From positions 1-64,000 of the forward strand of contig KZ538312.1 in the NCBI GenBank assembly GCA_000934665.2: DNA of 64,000 bases, in the 5' to 3' direction. A model generated the notes under the pieces. That model ran no database searches. It was given only the letters and a program-made list of their open reading frames with translations, and was not told the DNA's origin. Origin of the DNA: Catajapyx aquilonaris. Lineage: Eukaryota. The position numbers and the translations under genes are program-made. Every line of letters starts with the position of its first letter. The first letter of the stretch is position 1. Below, in pieces: positions 11,741 to 23,089 of the stretch.

Positions 11741-11997
11741 TCATATGTACTGTTTTATCAATTATTAATCTCAGGTAATGAGAAATCTGGCTCATTATTT
11801 TAATAGAATCATCCAGTAAATGAAGCAGTACATTCGATACATCAATATTAATGTAACGATAGAAATACTGAGCCAGTTTTTTTCTGGTAATAGGTTACAT
11901 TTTATGAATTAGTCGAACATGATTGTCCTGAATATGAATAACGTAAAAAAAAATGCATCGTCAAGTCTGGTGAGAGCGTTTCGGCCACGGAATCAGT

Positions 11998-13238
11998 TCA
12001 CCACGAGTCGTCCGAGGTGTCCTCCATCGTCTTTTGAAAATGTTCCTCTGCCGTTGCCCTGTCGCACTTGTGGATTTTCCCCATCGCGTACACGAGTGCC
12101 TGTCGATGGAAAGTAACGTAAGGAAAAGCTCGACATTATTTTGTTGGACATTAAAGCAAGAAACGAACCTCTGGCACCCATACGTTCATCACGTAATCCT
12201 GTGCCCTCAGCTGTATGTCTGCGGACAGTTTCTTCTGCCGCTTGAAAAGGTCAGTGAGATGGTCTACCACGGTCATCATTTGGTCGTCTTCTTCGATCGG
12301 GCCCAGCTGCCACCCGCCACTGAGGAGCATATCCTTCTTACTCATCTTGCCCTGCCTGTATAGAAGGTAATTCTTGTGGCGTTGCGACTCCACCCGTTCA
12401 CGCCAGATGTCCTTCACATGTTTCACAAGTCCAGGGCAGAAGGTGACCAGTTTCACTAGCCTCAGGGCCAGCTTGCGTTTGTTCTCCAGCGCCTCTTGTT
12501 GTTCGGGCGTGAGCGACGGAGGCGGAGGGGTCGGAGACGGCGGGGGGATGCTGGGCTCGTCATGGTCGCTGGGCTCGTCATGGTTGCTGGGCTCGTCATG
12601 GTCGCTTGGTTCATCCAACTGCGGAGCTGCGATGGGTTGATCATTATTCCAGTAGCCGTACGTCACATCTGGAAGATCAGTCGGTTAATGGTGGTACATC
12701 TTTAATGCAGCATAAAATACAACCTGCATCATACGCGATGAACTTCAATGCATCTATGTTCCGCTCCGATGTGACGGACAGGTACTGATGCATACGTAAC
12801 CACGCTTTGTCAAGAGTCTTCATCAACAATGGATGACACTGCCTCACCTCGGCCTATTAAAAATTAATACATCACGTAATTAACTGCTGCGTATGTCCGC
12901 TCATACGTACCTTAAATCCTTCGCAGTTGTCGTAAGTATTTTCATGGAGGTACTGCAGCGGGACCTTCATGGGCTTCTGTGTCGATGGCCAGAGTATCTT
13001 GAAGATATCCGCCTTCTGTACGCTCTTGAATAATTTGATGACCACGCAGGGCCAGGGTGGGCCTTTATATTTAACCCACATTATCTTGCCTTCCTTGATG
13101 GGCCCTTGAACACAACAAATGCGTTAAAATACATACCACGTTAATAATGACTTTTTAAGTACCTGGCCCCGGAGGAGGTGGGATGACTGGAATGTCACTC
13201 AAGTCCAGGAGCAAGTCGTCATCGTCATTGCCGCCCAT
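11998..13238 (-). CDS. PWWP-domain protein, MUM1/PWWP3A-B (EXPAND1)-like, ~333 aa
   Basis: Exons 13238-13163, 13104-12911, 12853-12724, 12668-12169 and 12099-11998, all GT-AG and in phase. PWWP-type motif EGKIMWVKYKGPPWPCVV. The C-terminal NVWVPEALVYAMGKIHKCDRATAEEHF resembles the MUM1 C-terminal helical motif (PEAII.AI...D..TAEEKY). Confidence 0.78.
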
Positions 13239-13774
13239 CAATCTGGAGAAAATGATAGCGTTAAATGATAGCGAGGATGAATTTAAGACACTGACAAACG
13301 CACACAGATTTACGTAATTGTTTCGTTACGAAACGGTGCAAATCCATGCCCACAAACATACCAAGCCACAACACCCAGGTGAATTAAAACAACAAGCGAA
13401 GCATTAAATCGCCAGTGAACAAGTCAACAACACGTAATCGCACTGACCCTTGCAGCACAGTATGTTTGATCAGCCGGATGTACGACTTCCCGGCAAATCC
13501 GATCCTTGCAACCCGATACACAGGATGTTTTTCTCCTCAGCTATCAAGTAGCTCCTGTTGACCTTGGAATAATAATATTGCGCTTGACTTCTACTCGTAC
13601 GTCTCTCACATTCAAAAAACACAATTTGTGGCTCAAGTTCCAAAAAAAAAACAAAAAACACATTCTCCCCCCAAAAAATGAGGCACGCATGATCCCCACA
13701 CATGTGGCCATAAATATTTCTTACAGTTCGTTAGTCCACTACCAATTAAATCACCTTTTAATTTTTACCCATTT

Positions 13775-14450
13775 TCATTAGTTCGTTTAAGTTATTTTTA
13801 TTATTTTAGTTGCAGCTAGTTCAGTCTTGGCTATTTTTATTAGTTTCGTTGCAGCAAGTTCAGTTATTTTTATTAGTTTAGTCGTAGCTAGTGGTTATTT
13901 TTATTAGTTCAGTTGTGGCTAGTGGTTATTTTTATTAGTTTAATTGCAAGTAGTGCAGTTATTTTTATTGGTTTATTTGAAGCTAATTCAGTTATTTTTA
14001 TTAGTTTAGTTGTAGCCAGTGGTTATTTTTATTAGTTTAATTGTAGCTAATCCAGTTATTTTTATTGGTTCATTTGTAGCTAATTCAGTTATTTTTATTA
14101 GTTTAGTTGTAGCTAATCCAGTTATTTTTATTTTAGCTAGAGGTTATTTTTATTTTCATTGTAGCTAATCCAGTTATTTTTATTAGTTTATTTGTAGCTA
14201 ATTCAGCTATTTTTATTAGTTCAGTTGTAACTAGTGCAGTTATTTTTATTAGTTTAGTTGTAGCTAATCCAGTTATTTTTATTTTAGCTAGTGGTTATTT
14301 TTATTAGTTCATTTGTAGCTAATTCAGCTATTTTTATTAGTTCAGTTGAAGCTATTTCAGTTATTTTTATTAGTTTAGTCACATCTAGTTCAGTCTTAGT
14401 TGATTAGTTACTTTTAGTTCAACGGACTTAGTTTTAGTTAATTATTAGTT
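13775..14450. repeat. Degenerate AT-rich minisatellite, ~30-35 bp unit
   Basis: Repeats of CAGTTATTTTTATTAGTTTAGTTGTAGCTAAT. Confidence 0.9.
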
Positions 14451-14565
14451 TTTAAATCGGGGATTGCGCATGTCCTCAAAATTTCGACAAATTCCGGTGG
14501 ACAAGTTCCGACGTTGACGACCCTCGCTCGTTACGTTCCATAACGAGCGAGACCTGTCCTGACCT

Positions 14566-14776
14566 GGGCAATTCCACGAAAGGCGGCCATATTGTCCGTA
14601 CGTAACGCAGGTTTTGCAGACATGTACTAGCGTATTTTATTGTAACAATACCCACACATTACATGAAATGGATTAAGCATGCAGTGCATGCATCCTGGCA
14701 TTGTTATAATAAAATACTCTTGTGCACGTAGGCAACACTTGCGTTACGTACGGACGGCTGCGCCATGGAATTGCCC
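14566..14776. mobile_element. PIF/Harbinger-like MITE
   Basis: Ends GGGCAATTCCA / TGGAATTGCCC, with subterminal inverted GTCCGTACGTAACGCA. Confidence 0.6.
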
Positions 14777-14907
14777 ACCTATCACGAGACAGCCCATTCA
14801 TTAATTATTGTAATTATTATTAATACTAACCCTCAGGCGTGTGACGTGGGCACTTTTTGTGTCAAAACTATGGTTAGCCTTGGGTCACCAAAAGTGACCA
14901 CGTCACC

Positions 14908-15065
14908 GGAATCGAACCGAAGATGTCCTCCAAATCTGAAGCTCTTGTAAAGTGCTCCATATTTTCTAATGTCATATCAAAACTGTTTTTTGATATGACA
15001 TTTTAAAAAATATGGAAGCACTTTACGAGAGCTTCACATTTTGAGGACATCATCGGTTCGATTCC
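14908..15065. mobile_element. Fold-back (palindromic) MITE-like element
   Basis: GGAATCGAACCGAAGATGTCCTC...ATGTCATATCAAAA / TTTTGATATGACAT...GAGGACATCATCGGTTCGATTCC, with ~75 bp arms. Confidence 0.65.
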
Positions 15066-16001
15066 TTCCGCGGGGGCTTACAAGTTTAAATTTTTGGAGC
15101 GAATAGTATACGACCAGGAAAGAATTAATCTTGCAACCGATGCAATTGGAGCCATACGGGGGGGCCAAGAATGAGTCGCAGATGGCTTACCAGAGGAGGA
15201 CCCTGAGTCGTAGTGATTCATGATCATGGGGAAATTAATTAGCCTGGCCCATCACGAGACAGCCTATTATTATTGTTATTTATTATTAATTATTACTACT
15301 ACTTTAATTATTCTGCCCCATTATTCTCACCCTTCTGGTTCTGGTAGGGCCATCGCCCCTTGTTCTCCTCCTCCTCCTGCCCCTCCTTCACCAGCAGGGC
15401 CTTCTTCAGCCCGCACCGTCGCCCTCCGGCCCTTCTTGGTCCATCTGCTGACCCACCCTCGTCTTCTGGACCTCTCCTTTCCCATCCTGATGCCAAAGCG
15501 ATTCGCAAAATAAAGGAAAGAGTGCGAAATGTGGGGGGGCTTTAAAAACAGCGAAAAGAAAGACAATGACAAAAAAAAAAAATCGAACGAAAAGTTCTGC
15601 TGCTTTCTTCAAAGGCGACGCCAGCGACACTCACAAACAACAGCGGACGGAATCTGAACTAAAAAGTTTCAACCAAGCGGCCGCTAGAGGCGCCTTTACC
15701 CATCTCGCTCGGAACAGCGCCAAAATTCAAAAAGCTTCAAATAAACGATTTTTTTTTTTTTAAATATAAAATTAATTGCTTCTGTTGGAACACATATTAA
15801 TAGTTGGACTACGTGTTTGTAATTAGCAGGTGGAACATGCACAACACATGCGCTACACAGACAACAGGGCCAATTAACTCCTCGCCGCTTTAAATCGCAA
15901 CAATTACAACGGCGAGTCGTTGAACGCACATTGTTTGAACACCTTAAAAGACAATTAGCAGGACAGAAGCCATAATTAGTCAATCAGCCAATTAATTTAA
16001 A

Positions 16002-16150
16002 AGGGCCGGGTTTGCACCGGCTACCGGGGGAATGTCTGGCCCGAAGTTGTTGCTCATTGTTGTCGACAATCCCGTCCAAACAATGAACGACAAACTATCC
16101 TGGCGCTTCTTCGGCCAGACAATTTCTTGGGAGCCGGTGCAACCCGGGTC
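16002..16150. mobile_element. PIF/Harbinger-like MITE, family copy 1
   Basis: GGCCGGGTTTGCACCGGCT ... AGCCGGTGCAACCCGGG ends. The internal sequence is homologous to 20944-21106. Confidence 0.7.
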
Positions 16151-17572
16151 TAATAAGAAGGGTAGAGAAAAAGCCCACCGCTACAGAGGGTTTTTAGGTG
16201 TTATTGCAGGTCATACGTATTGAGTCATGCATTGCAATTATTAGGCAGGGGGGGGGTCACAAGGGGGGTACAAAGGACAACTAACTACGTGAGCCTACCT
16301 GCCGCAACAAAGGCCGCCAAATGCTCTTCCTTCTATGAACAAAAAGTACTGACAAGATTCTAATCGAACTACAAGTACGAACAAGACGGTTTTTCAAAAA
16401 AAATAATAAGATCGTACACAAGTAATATTTAAAACACTCTTATTTATCCACTGCTGCAATGACATTAAAAAAAAACAGTACATGACATCAATTGTCTGTT
16501 GTTGTTTTTTTTTTTCAACTTCCATCGTTTTTCATATATAATGTAATAATGAAATATACCTATTATATATTGAGATACATATACATCGGTTCAATATTTA
16601 AAAAAAAAATTTCACACTTTCACCATTTACGCAAGGAAAAAAAAAATAATTAAAAAAAAAAAGTGCAGTAGAATCCATTGTGCAAAGACATTTGTTCGTC
16701 GCAATAAAAATTTGTGCTATTTTTCTTAAGCTTTGTACTGACGACTTGGTCAATTAATTAATTAATCAGCGTAGGATTCTACTGCGACCACTGAACACCA
16801 GGCGAGTCATAAATGCAAATTGGATCGCTAATTGCCAGCTGCTCATTAATTTCTTTTGACGACAATGTTTAAACGAGATTACGACTAATCCAATTGTTGC
16901 CCACTAGTTCCAACCCCCCCGCATATTTATAGTATTTAAAAAAAAATTGTGTTTTAATTTGGAGCAATTCGTTATTTTATTTTTTTCATGGCGACAATGT
17001 GCAGCCAAAATTTTTAACGAGATTACGACTCACCCAACAATTGTTGCCCGTTAGTCCCCACACATATATTTGTTATATATATATATTTTAAAATTTATTT
17101 GAATTCGGGGCAATATTTCACATATAAAAATCACATGCACACTCACATTCACACGCTTTCAAAAAAATTCACAAATAAAGTGCAGCGTACTTGTCGAAAA
17201 AAAAGGGGGTAACGTCACAATTAACTATGTGAACAAACCAGCAAATTAACACCTATCAATTATTACAATAAGCACCTAAAAACCACTTTGAGGGTACAGT
17301 ACTTTTTCCAATTTATGTCTTCAAATTGGCAGGGAGGGGGGGAAAAAAAATTGGCTACAAAAAACACAGGTGCGATTATGTACACAGAATTAAAAATAAA
17401 TTTTGCACACACCTAAAAAAAAAAAAAAACACGAGTACACGAAATGTACAAAAAAACCACCACCCTTCAAGTCGACACCTAGTGGTTACCACGATTGCGG
17501 CTATGCACCCCAAAATATTAGTGTCCACATTTTAAAATCGTGTGCAGTTTCCATCGGTTTTTAAAATACACT

Positions 17573-19795
17573 CTACCTTTCGTCCGCATCGACTAACTTG
17601 GCCCGCTTCGTTTCCTGCGAGTCGTCGTCCGCCTTACGTTTCTCCGCTTCCTTCGGAGCCTCGGAGTAAGCGTGGTCCACAATGACGGCTGAGGCGTCCG
17701 GTCTGTCCGGCTCGGGCAACCGTGCGGCGGCGGCGGCTAGAGCGACGGCCACAATGTCCTCACCCTTTTCAGCCGCAGCCGGAGCCGGTGCAGCTTCCGG
17801 ATTACCGGCCGCCACTTCACGCGGATCAATCGCCAGAATTATGTTGCCCATCTCGTCCGTCGTGAGCGAGGACGGGTCGATGTACAGCATACGGGTGGTC
17901 GATCCGTCCGGCGCGCCTGACCCGGACGCGGTTCCAGAAGCAGCTCCGGCCGCACCGGGAAACTGCGCTGCACCCGATTCGTCAATTGTCACCAGCACAT
18001 ATGTTGTGCCTGATGCGTCGGTATGCAGTACCGCATTGCTGGTCAGTTCTGTGGCTACGGACGGCTCGGACGCTTTCGCCGACTCGTCCGCGTCTGACTT
18101 TGGGGTCGGTTCCACCGCGAGTTCCGCCACAGGTTCCTCAGCAGGTTCAGCCGCAGGTTCCTCGGTGGTGTCAGTTTCTGTCGGTCCCTCAGGTTCGGCC
18201 GGTTCAGCTTCGGGTGTGTCCGTATGGGTAGCGGGTATGTCCGGAAGTGATGGGACGGTTGTTTCCGCCAGAAGTGCCTCGAACGCCTTGTTAAGCAACG
18301 CGGGATCCGGCTTCGGCTCATTTTTCCTATCCAACTCCGGCTCCTCTTCGGACTCTGACTCCTCCTCCTCCAGTTCGTCCGACTTGGGCTTCTCAGCGGG
18401 TGCAACTTCGGTCTCGTCCTCATCCTTTTTCTTAATCTCGCCCTTTTCCTCCTCAGAATTCTCCTCGTCGTCCCAGTCCGCAAGCAGCTTCGTGGTGTCC
18501 GGCATTTCCTTCTTCTTGTCCACCTTACTGGACTTCTTCGCCTCGCTTTTGGCTGCTGTCTTGGTGCTAGTTGCGGACTTGGATGGACTTGCCCGTGGCT
18601 TCCGACTTGGCTTCTTCTTCTGGCTGGACCCCACCACCACGACTTTAGCGCTGCTCTGGCCGCCACCGACGACCCGGTCGACCAAACGGCGCTTGGCCGC
18701 CTCCTTCGTGGCTGCCACCGCCCTCTTGCTGGCCTGCGACTGCCTCTGCCCTTGGCCCGATTTGTCACTATGAGTCTTGCTGTGTAGCACAATCACGTTA
18801 AGTCGGGTCGAGGTGAAGTCACACGTGTGACACTTGTACTGGCCAGGAGTTCCGGTGGGGGTCGAACCAGCTCTGTCTGATCCCTGGCTTGAACTTGGGC
18901 TGCTCCCGTTGTTTGAGGACATGCTGGGCTGCTGGCGTATCCGGATTTCATGATCCGATGCGTACAGGAAGCGAGGATGGGTAATGACAGGCGTACGACG
19001 TGCTCCGGATGGGGACGATCGGACTCCATTCGATGTGGACTTTGACCCAGACAGCGAATCCTTCTTCTTCTTCTTCGACTCGTTTGGATCGCCGAATATG
19101 TCCTGCAAATCACACACATTAGTACATTGCAGCTTCATTTTACCCATGAGTTACCTTATAGCTGACTGTGGATTTCTGCGGGGAAAATTGCGGCCTGGCC
19201 AGAATGTTGGGGTCGCCTCCGGTGACCTTCTCCGCCCGCATCACATCCTCGGGGAACTTCTTCATAGCCGAAGAGCCTTCCTTCACCCGGTTCCTGTATT
19301 TCGATAGGGCCTTGCGTATGAACTCCTCCTTGCGTTCGCAATTGTACGCCACAATCGACGAGGGATCACGCACAAACTCGCTGCAAAACAACGTATTAAT
19401 TCGACGACCAACGAAGCATCGCAGGGTACTCACTAGGCGTCCTCGTCAAAAAACTTGACGAACGCAATGGGCATCTTCTTGTAGTCGGCCCTGTAATCCC
19501 GCAGGACCTCCTCCGGCACGTTCTTGGGGCTCTTGACTTCGGCTGGCCACCAACACTGCTTCCACTTGACCCACACCACGTTGCCATCCTCGAACATTTG
19601 CTCTCCCCAATCGTCCTGTTCGTCACCGGATGGAGATGGTGCTGGGGACAAGGGAGGGGGAACTGGGGAGACGGCTTCAGTCTTTTCCGCAGGTTCAGGT
19701 TGGCTCTCTTCGGGCACAGGCCCGTTGTCTTCGCTCATCTGGACCGGATCGCTGTTGCTCATGCTGTTGTCCTCCTTTGCATCAGGCTCTGCCAT
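17573..19795 (-). CDS. PWWP-domain + single C2H2 finger chromatin protein with a long acidic tail, ~705 aa
   Basis: Exons 19795-19434, 19380-19155 and 19102-17573, GT-AG and in phase. PWWP motif GNVVWVKWKQCWWPAEV...FVKFFDEDAYEFV, C2H2 finger YKCHTCDFTSTRLNVIVLHSKTH, Lys-rich NLS-like tracts and a Glu/Pro-rich tail. An acceptor at ~19813 implies an upstream non-coding exon. Confidence 0.88.
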
Positions 19796-20094
19796 TTTTG
19801 ACTGCGAAACTGCTGGAAGATAACAAGAGTAAATGAAACCACATCCATCTGTAAGGAGTTGAGGTTATCTGCCCTCTAATGTTACGACAATCATGTCTTC
19901 AGACACGTTATGCTGAGCAAATGGCAATGTCACAGTGATTCAAACTGGTGGTAGGCAGCCATGCATTACACACACATTTACATAACGGAAAGCAGCTATA
20001 CACCCTGACAGATGGGGCTTGAAATTAACAATTTACTGAGCATCACTAGCACATGATTTAATTGAAACCCGGATTGCTTTTCATCAAAATTGTG

Positions 20095-21340
20095 CAGCTA
20101 ATGCTAACAAATTAGCAGTGCCGTTAACATTAACCAGTTAGCAGTGCCGTTAACTAACCAGTTAGCAGTGTCGTTAATATTAACCCGTTAGCAGTGTTCT
20201 AATGGTTGCCAAGTCATCAGTGCTGCCAACAGTAGAACTAGTTCTGAGTTAACATTAGCCATTAGGAGTGCTGCCAACACAAACATGTTAGCAGTGCTGA
20301 CAACAGTAACAAACAGTGTGTTACCAACACGTTGGCAGTGTTCTAAAAGTAACAAGTTAGCAGCGTTCTTAACAGTGACCAGTTGGCAGTGTTCTAAAAG
20401 GAACAAGCTACACGTGTTAACATTAACAAGTCAGCAGCGTTGCCAACGCCAGCCAGTTAGCAGTGTCACACTCGCAACAAGCTTTCAGTGTTGCCAACAG
20501 TAACACTTGTTATCCGAGTTAACATTTTAGCCAGTTGGAAGTGCTGCCAACAGCAGCTGGTTAGACGTGTTGCCAACACGCACAAGTTATCTGAGTTAGC
20601 ATTAACCAGTTGGAAATGCTGCCAACATGAACAAGTTATTGGAGTTATCATTAACCAGTTAGAAGTGTTGCCAACATGAACAAGTTAGCGATTGTTGCCA
20701 ACATGAACAAGTTATTGGAGTTATCATTAACCAGTTAGAAGTGTTGCCAACATGAACAAGTTACCATTTCTGCCAACATGAACAAGTTATTGGAGTTATC
20801 ATTAACCAGTTAGAAGTGTTGCCAACATGAACAAGTTACCATTTCTGCCAACATGAACAAGTTATTGGAGTTATCATTAACCAGTTAGAAGTGTTGCCAA
20901 CAGTAGGTAGTTGGCGTTGTTGCCAACATGACCCGAGTTCTAAGTCCGGGTTGGACCGGCTCCCGGAAAGTTTATCTGGCCAAAGAAGAGCCACAATAGA
21001 TTGTTATTCATTGTTGACAGAATTATTGCTGACAACAATGAATGACAATCTATCCCGGCCTCTTCTGCGGCCAGATAAACTTTCCCGGAGCCGGTGCAAC
21101 CCGGCCTGAGAGGTACAAGTTAGCATTGTTATTCTCCAGTTGGCGCTGTTGCCAACGATTGACAAGTAGTTATCCGAGTTAACAATTCAACCAGCTGGAA
21201 GTGTTGCCAACAGTATCTACTATAATCAGTGTTGCCAACCTGCACAAGTGACCAGAGAGTTATAAAAGTTTTTAAAAAGAAGGTTAGCAGCGTTCTTAAC
21301 AGTAACTGGTTGGCAAGTGTTTTCAACATGAACAAGTGGA
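20095..21340. repeat. Degenerate tandem repeat built on GTGTTGCCAACATGAACAAGTTA...TTAACCAGTTAG
   Basis: Near-exact ~71 bp higher-order units at 20620-20900, with diverged flanking copies. Confidence 0.85.
20944..21106. mobile_element. PIF/Harbinger-like MITE, family copy 2
   Basis: TAA-GTCCGGGTTGGACCGGCTCCCGGAAAGTTTATCTGGCC ... GGCCAGATAAACTTTCCCGGAGCCGGTGCAACCCGGCC-TGA. Confidence 0.75.
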
Positions 21341-22033
21341 TGCCACCATGCCCAAGAACCACCTTTTGAGGGAACAATCCAGGGTTCAAAGACCTGTTTC
21401 CATGACTCTCCCTCCCTCCCCGGTAGGGGGGAAGGGGGGGGGGTTTGTTCTTTTTCCCGCGGACCGCACCCGCCCCACTGCTTCACCCTCCGCGCACAGC
21501 TCCTTTTTTTTGCATTACCCCTGGGCTCCTTTTTATTTTCCCCTTCTTCTTCTTCTTCTTTTCAGGTGTCCCCGATGAGGCCGATGATGGCCGTGGGTGA
21601 GCCGTCCCCTGTCCCTTTTGGACCCAGCTCAGGACCAAGGGAAGGTAGCAGCACCAGAGGAGAGGGGACGCCGAGCACTCGATGCAGGAACAGCCCACCG
21701 CCCAGGCCACGCCATCTTGTTTTCCAGGCAAACCCTCTTTCCACACAACACAGACCATTCACATCCAGACTGGTAGGACCACACCGCTTGAGAAAGTGGC
21801 GCCGCCTATTGCCACCGTGGTCAACATAAGGCAAAGTAACGGCTATCGGTGCATAAGCTTACTTGCTAGTACACAGCTTCATCACACAATACGTTGTGTG
21901 TACTGTAGGCACGGTTAGTATTTAGCCCACCTTGTAGTGCGCAGCCAAGTCAAACTAACCGTTTTGGACCACCCGAAAGGCTTCACAGTATGACTTAAAT
22001 CCAGCTAATATTTGTAGCTATTAGTATCAACAA

Positions 22034-22332
22034 CTACCGAAGCAGGTTGGCGTAGTGGATAAGGCGACCGACTGCTAATCGGGAGGTCCTGGGTTCGAAT
22101 CCCGGGGCCGGCAACTCTGACCGTGGTTTTCTGTGGTTTCCCACGGTCCTTCCAGGGAAATTCCGGAGTTGTTTCCGTAATTAACAGGCCACAGCCGCTT
22201 CCTTCCGTCCCTATCCCATCCCAAAAAGTGCAGTAAAATGAAAGCAAAGAGTTCCAGGCAAAAGAAAACTTCCCCCCTAAAGAGCCGAAAAAGGCTGATA
22301 ACGGGGTAAGAATTATTATTATTATGAATTAT
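22034..22332 (+). mobile_element. tRNA-derived SINE with target-site duplication
   Basis: A box TGGCGTAGTGG and B box GGTTCGAATCC. The body GGTTTTCTGTGGTTTCCC...AGGCCACAGCCGCTTCCTTCC resembles polyneopteran SINE bodies. (ATT)n tail and a 15 bp direct repeat TATTAGTATCAACAA at 22019-22033 and 22333-22347. Confidence 0.85.
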
Positions 22333-22608
22333 TATTAGTATCAACAAGATAACCGCTACTTTGACATACACTGGCATGGCAGCCTCACTGCCCCCCCCCC
22401 CATCATGGCAGACACTCACCCACTCTAATCGTGCAGATCATTGTGAGTGAGCGCTGAACGTAGCATAGCAGCTACATTAGAAGCTATATGCGCACAAACC
22501 GCGACCACGGGGTACAGGGTGAATCATAACCGCAGTACAAATGCCTTTATTTTTCCAGAGTTTACAACACACATTGCAAGCAGGAACGTTGTGACACTTG
22601 CTCATACA

Positions 22609-23089
22609 CATAGCTGGGCAAGCTAACCGAGCTTTTAGCTCAGCTAACTTCCGCTAACAGCTAATTCGGTTAGTAAACTATGGGCGGCGCTAAATTGCTA
22701 ATGATAAACAGCTAGAATAATTAGGGGGATTTCCACTAACCAGAGCTGAGCAAGCTGGCCGAATTTTTAGCTCAGCTAACTTCCGCTAACAGCTAATGCG
22801 GTTAGTAAACCATGGGCGGCGCTAAATTGCTAATGATAAACAGCTAGAATGATTAGGGGGATTTCCACTAACCAGAGCTGAGCAAGCTGGCCGAATTTTT
22901 AGCTCAGCTAACTTCCGCTAACAGCTAATGCGGTTAGTAAACCATGGGCGGCGCTAAATTGCTAATGATAAACAGCTAGAATATGATTAGGGGGGGGGGG
23001 GGGTTTCCACTAACTAACCCTTCTAGCCGTTAAGCATGGTTTTTCTGCGCAAGTTAGCTGTTATCGAAAGTTAGCTGTGCCCACCTCCG
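22609..23089. mobile_element. hAT-like non-autonomous element made of three 132 bp tandem units
   Basis: Units start at 22609, 22741 and 22873. The ends CATAGCTGGGCAAGCTAAC and GTTAGCTGTGCCCACCTCCG are imperfect inverted repeats. Confidence 0.6.

Noticed and set aside
15308..15545. GC-rich patch, and similar ones at ~21566-21830 and ~23500-23790, as exons or LINE fragments
   Set aside because: No recognisable domain or consistent splice structure, so left unassigned.
17682..18773. 363 aa Ser/Ala-rich + strand ORF
   Set aside because: Antisense shadow of the acidic PWWP gene exon.
20095..21340. CRISPR-like repeat/spacer array (also considered for 8180-9230 and 44750-45590)
   Set aside because: Eukaryotic context, no cas genes, and the intervening sequences are themselves repeated, not unique spacers.
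22042..22112. Functional tRNA-Ser(GCT) gene
   Set aside because: No long variable arm and a poor acceptor stem. It continues into a SINE body with a tail and TSD.
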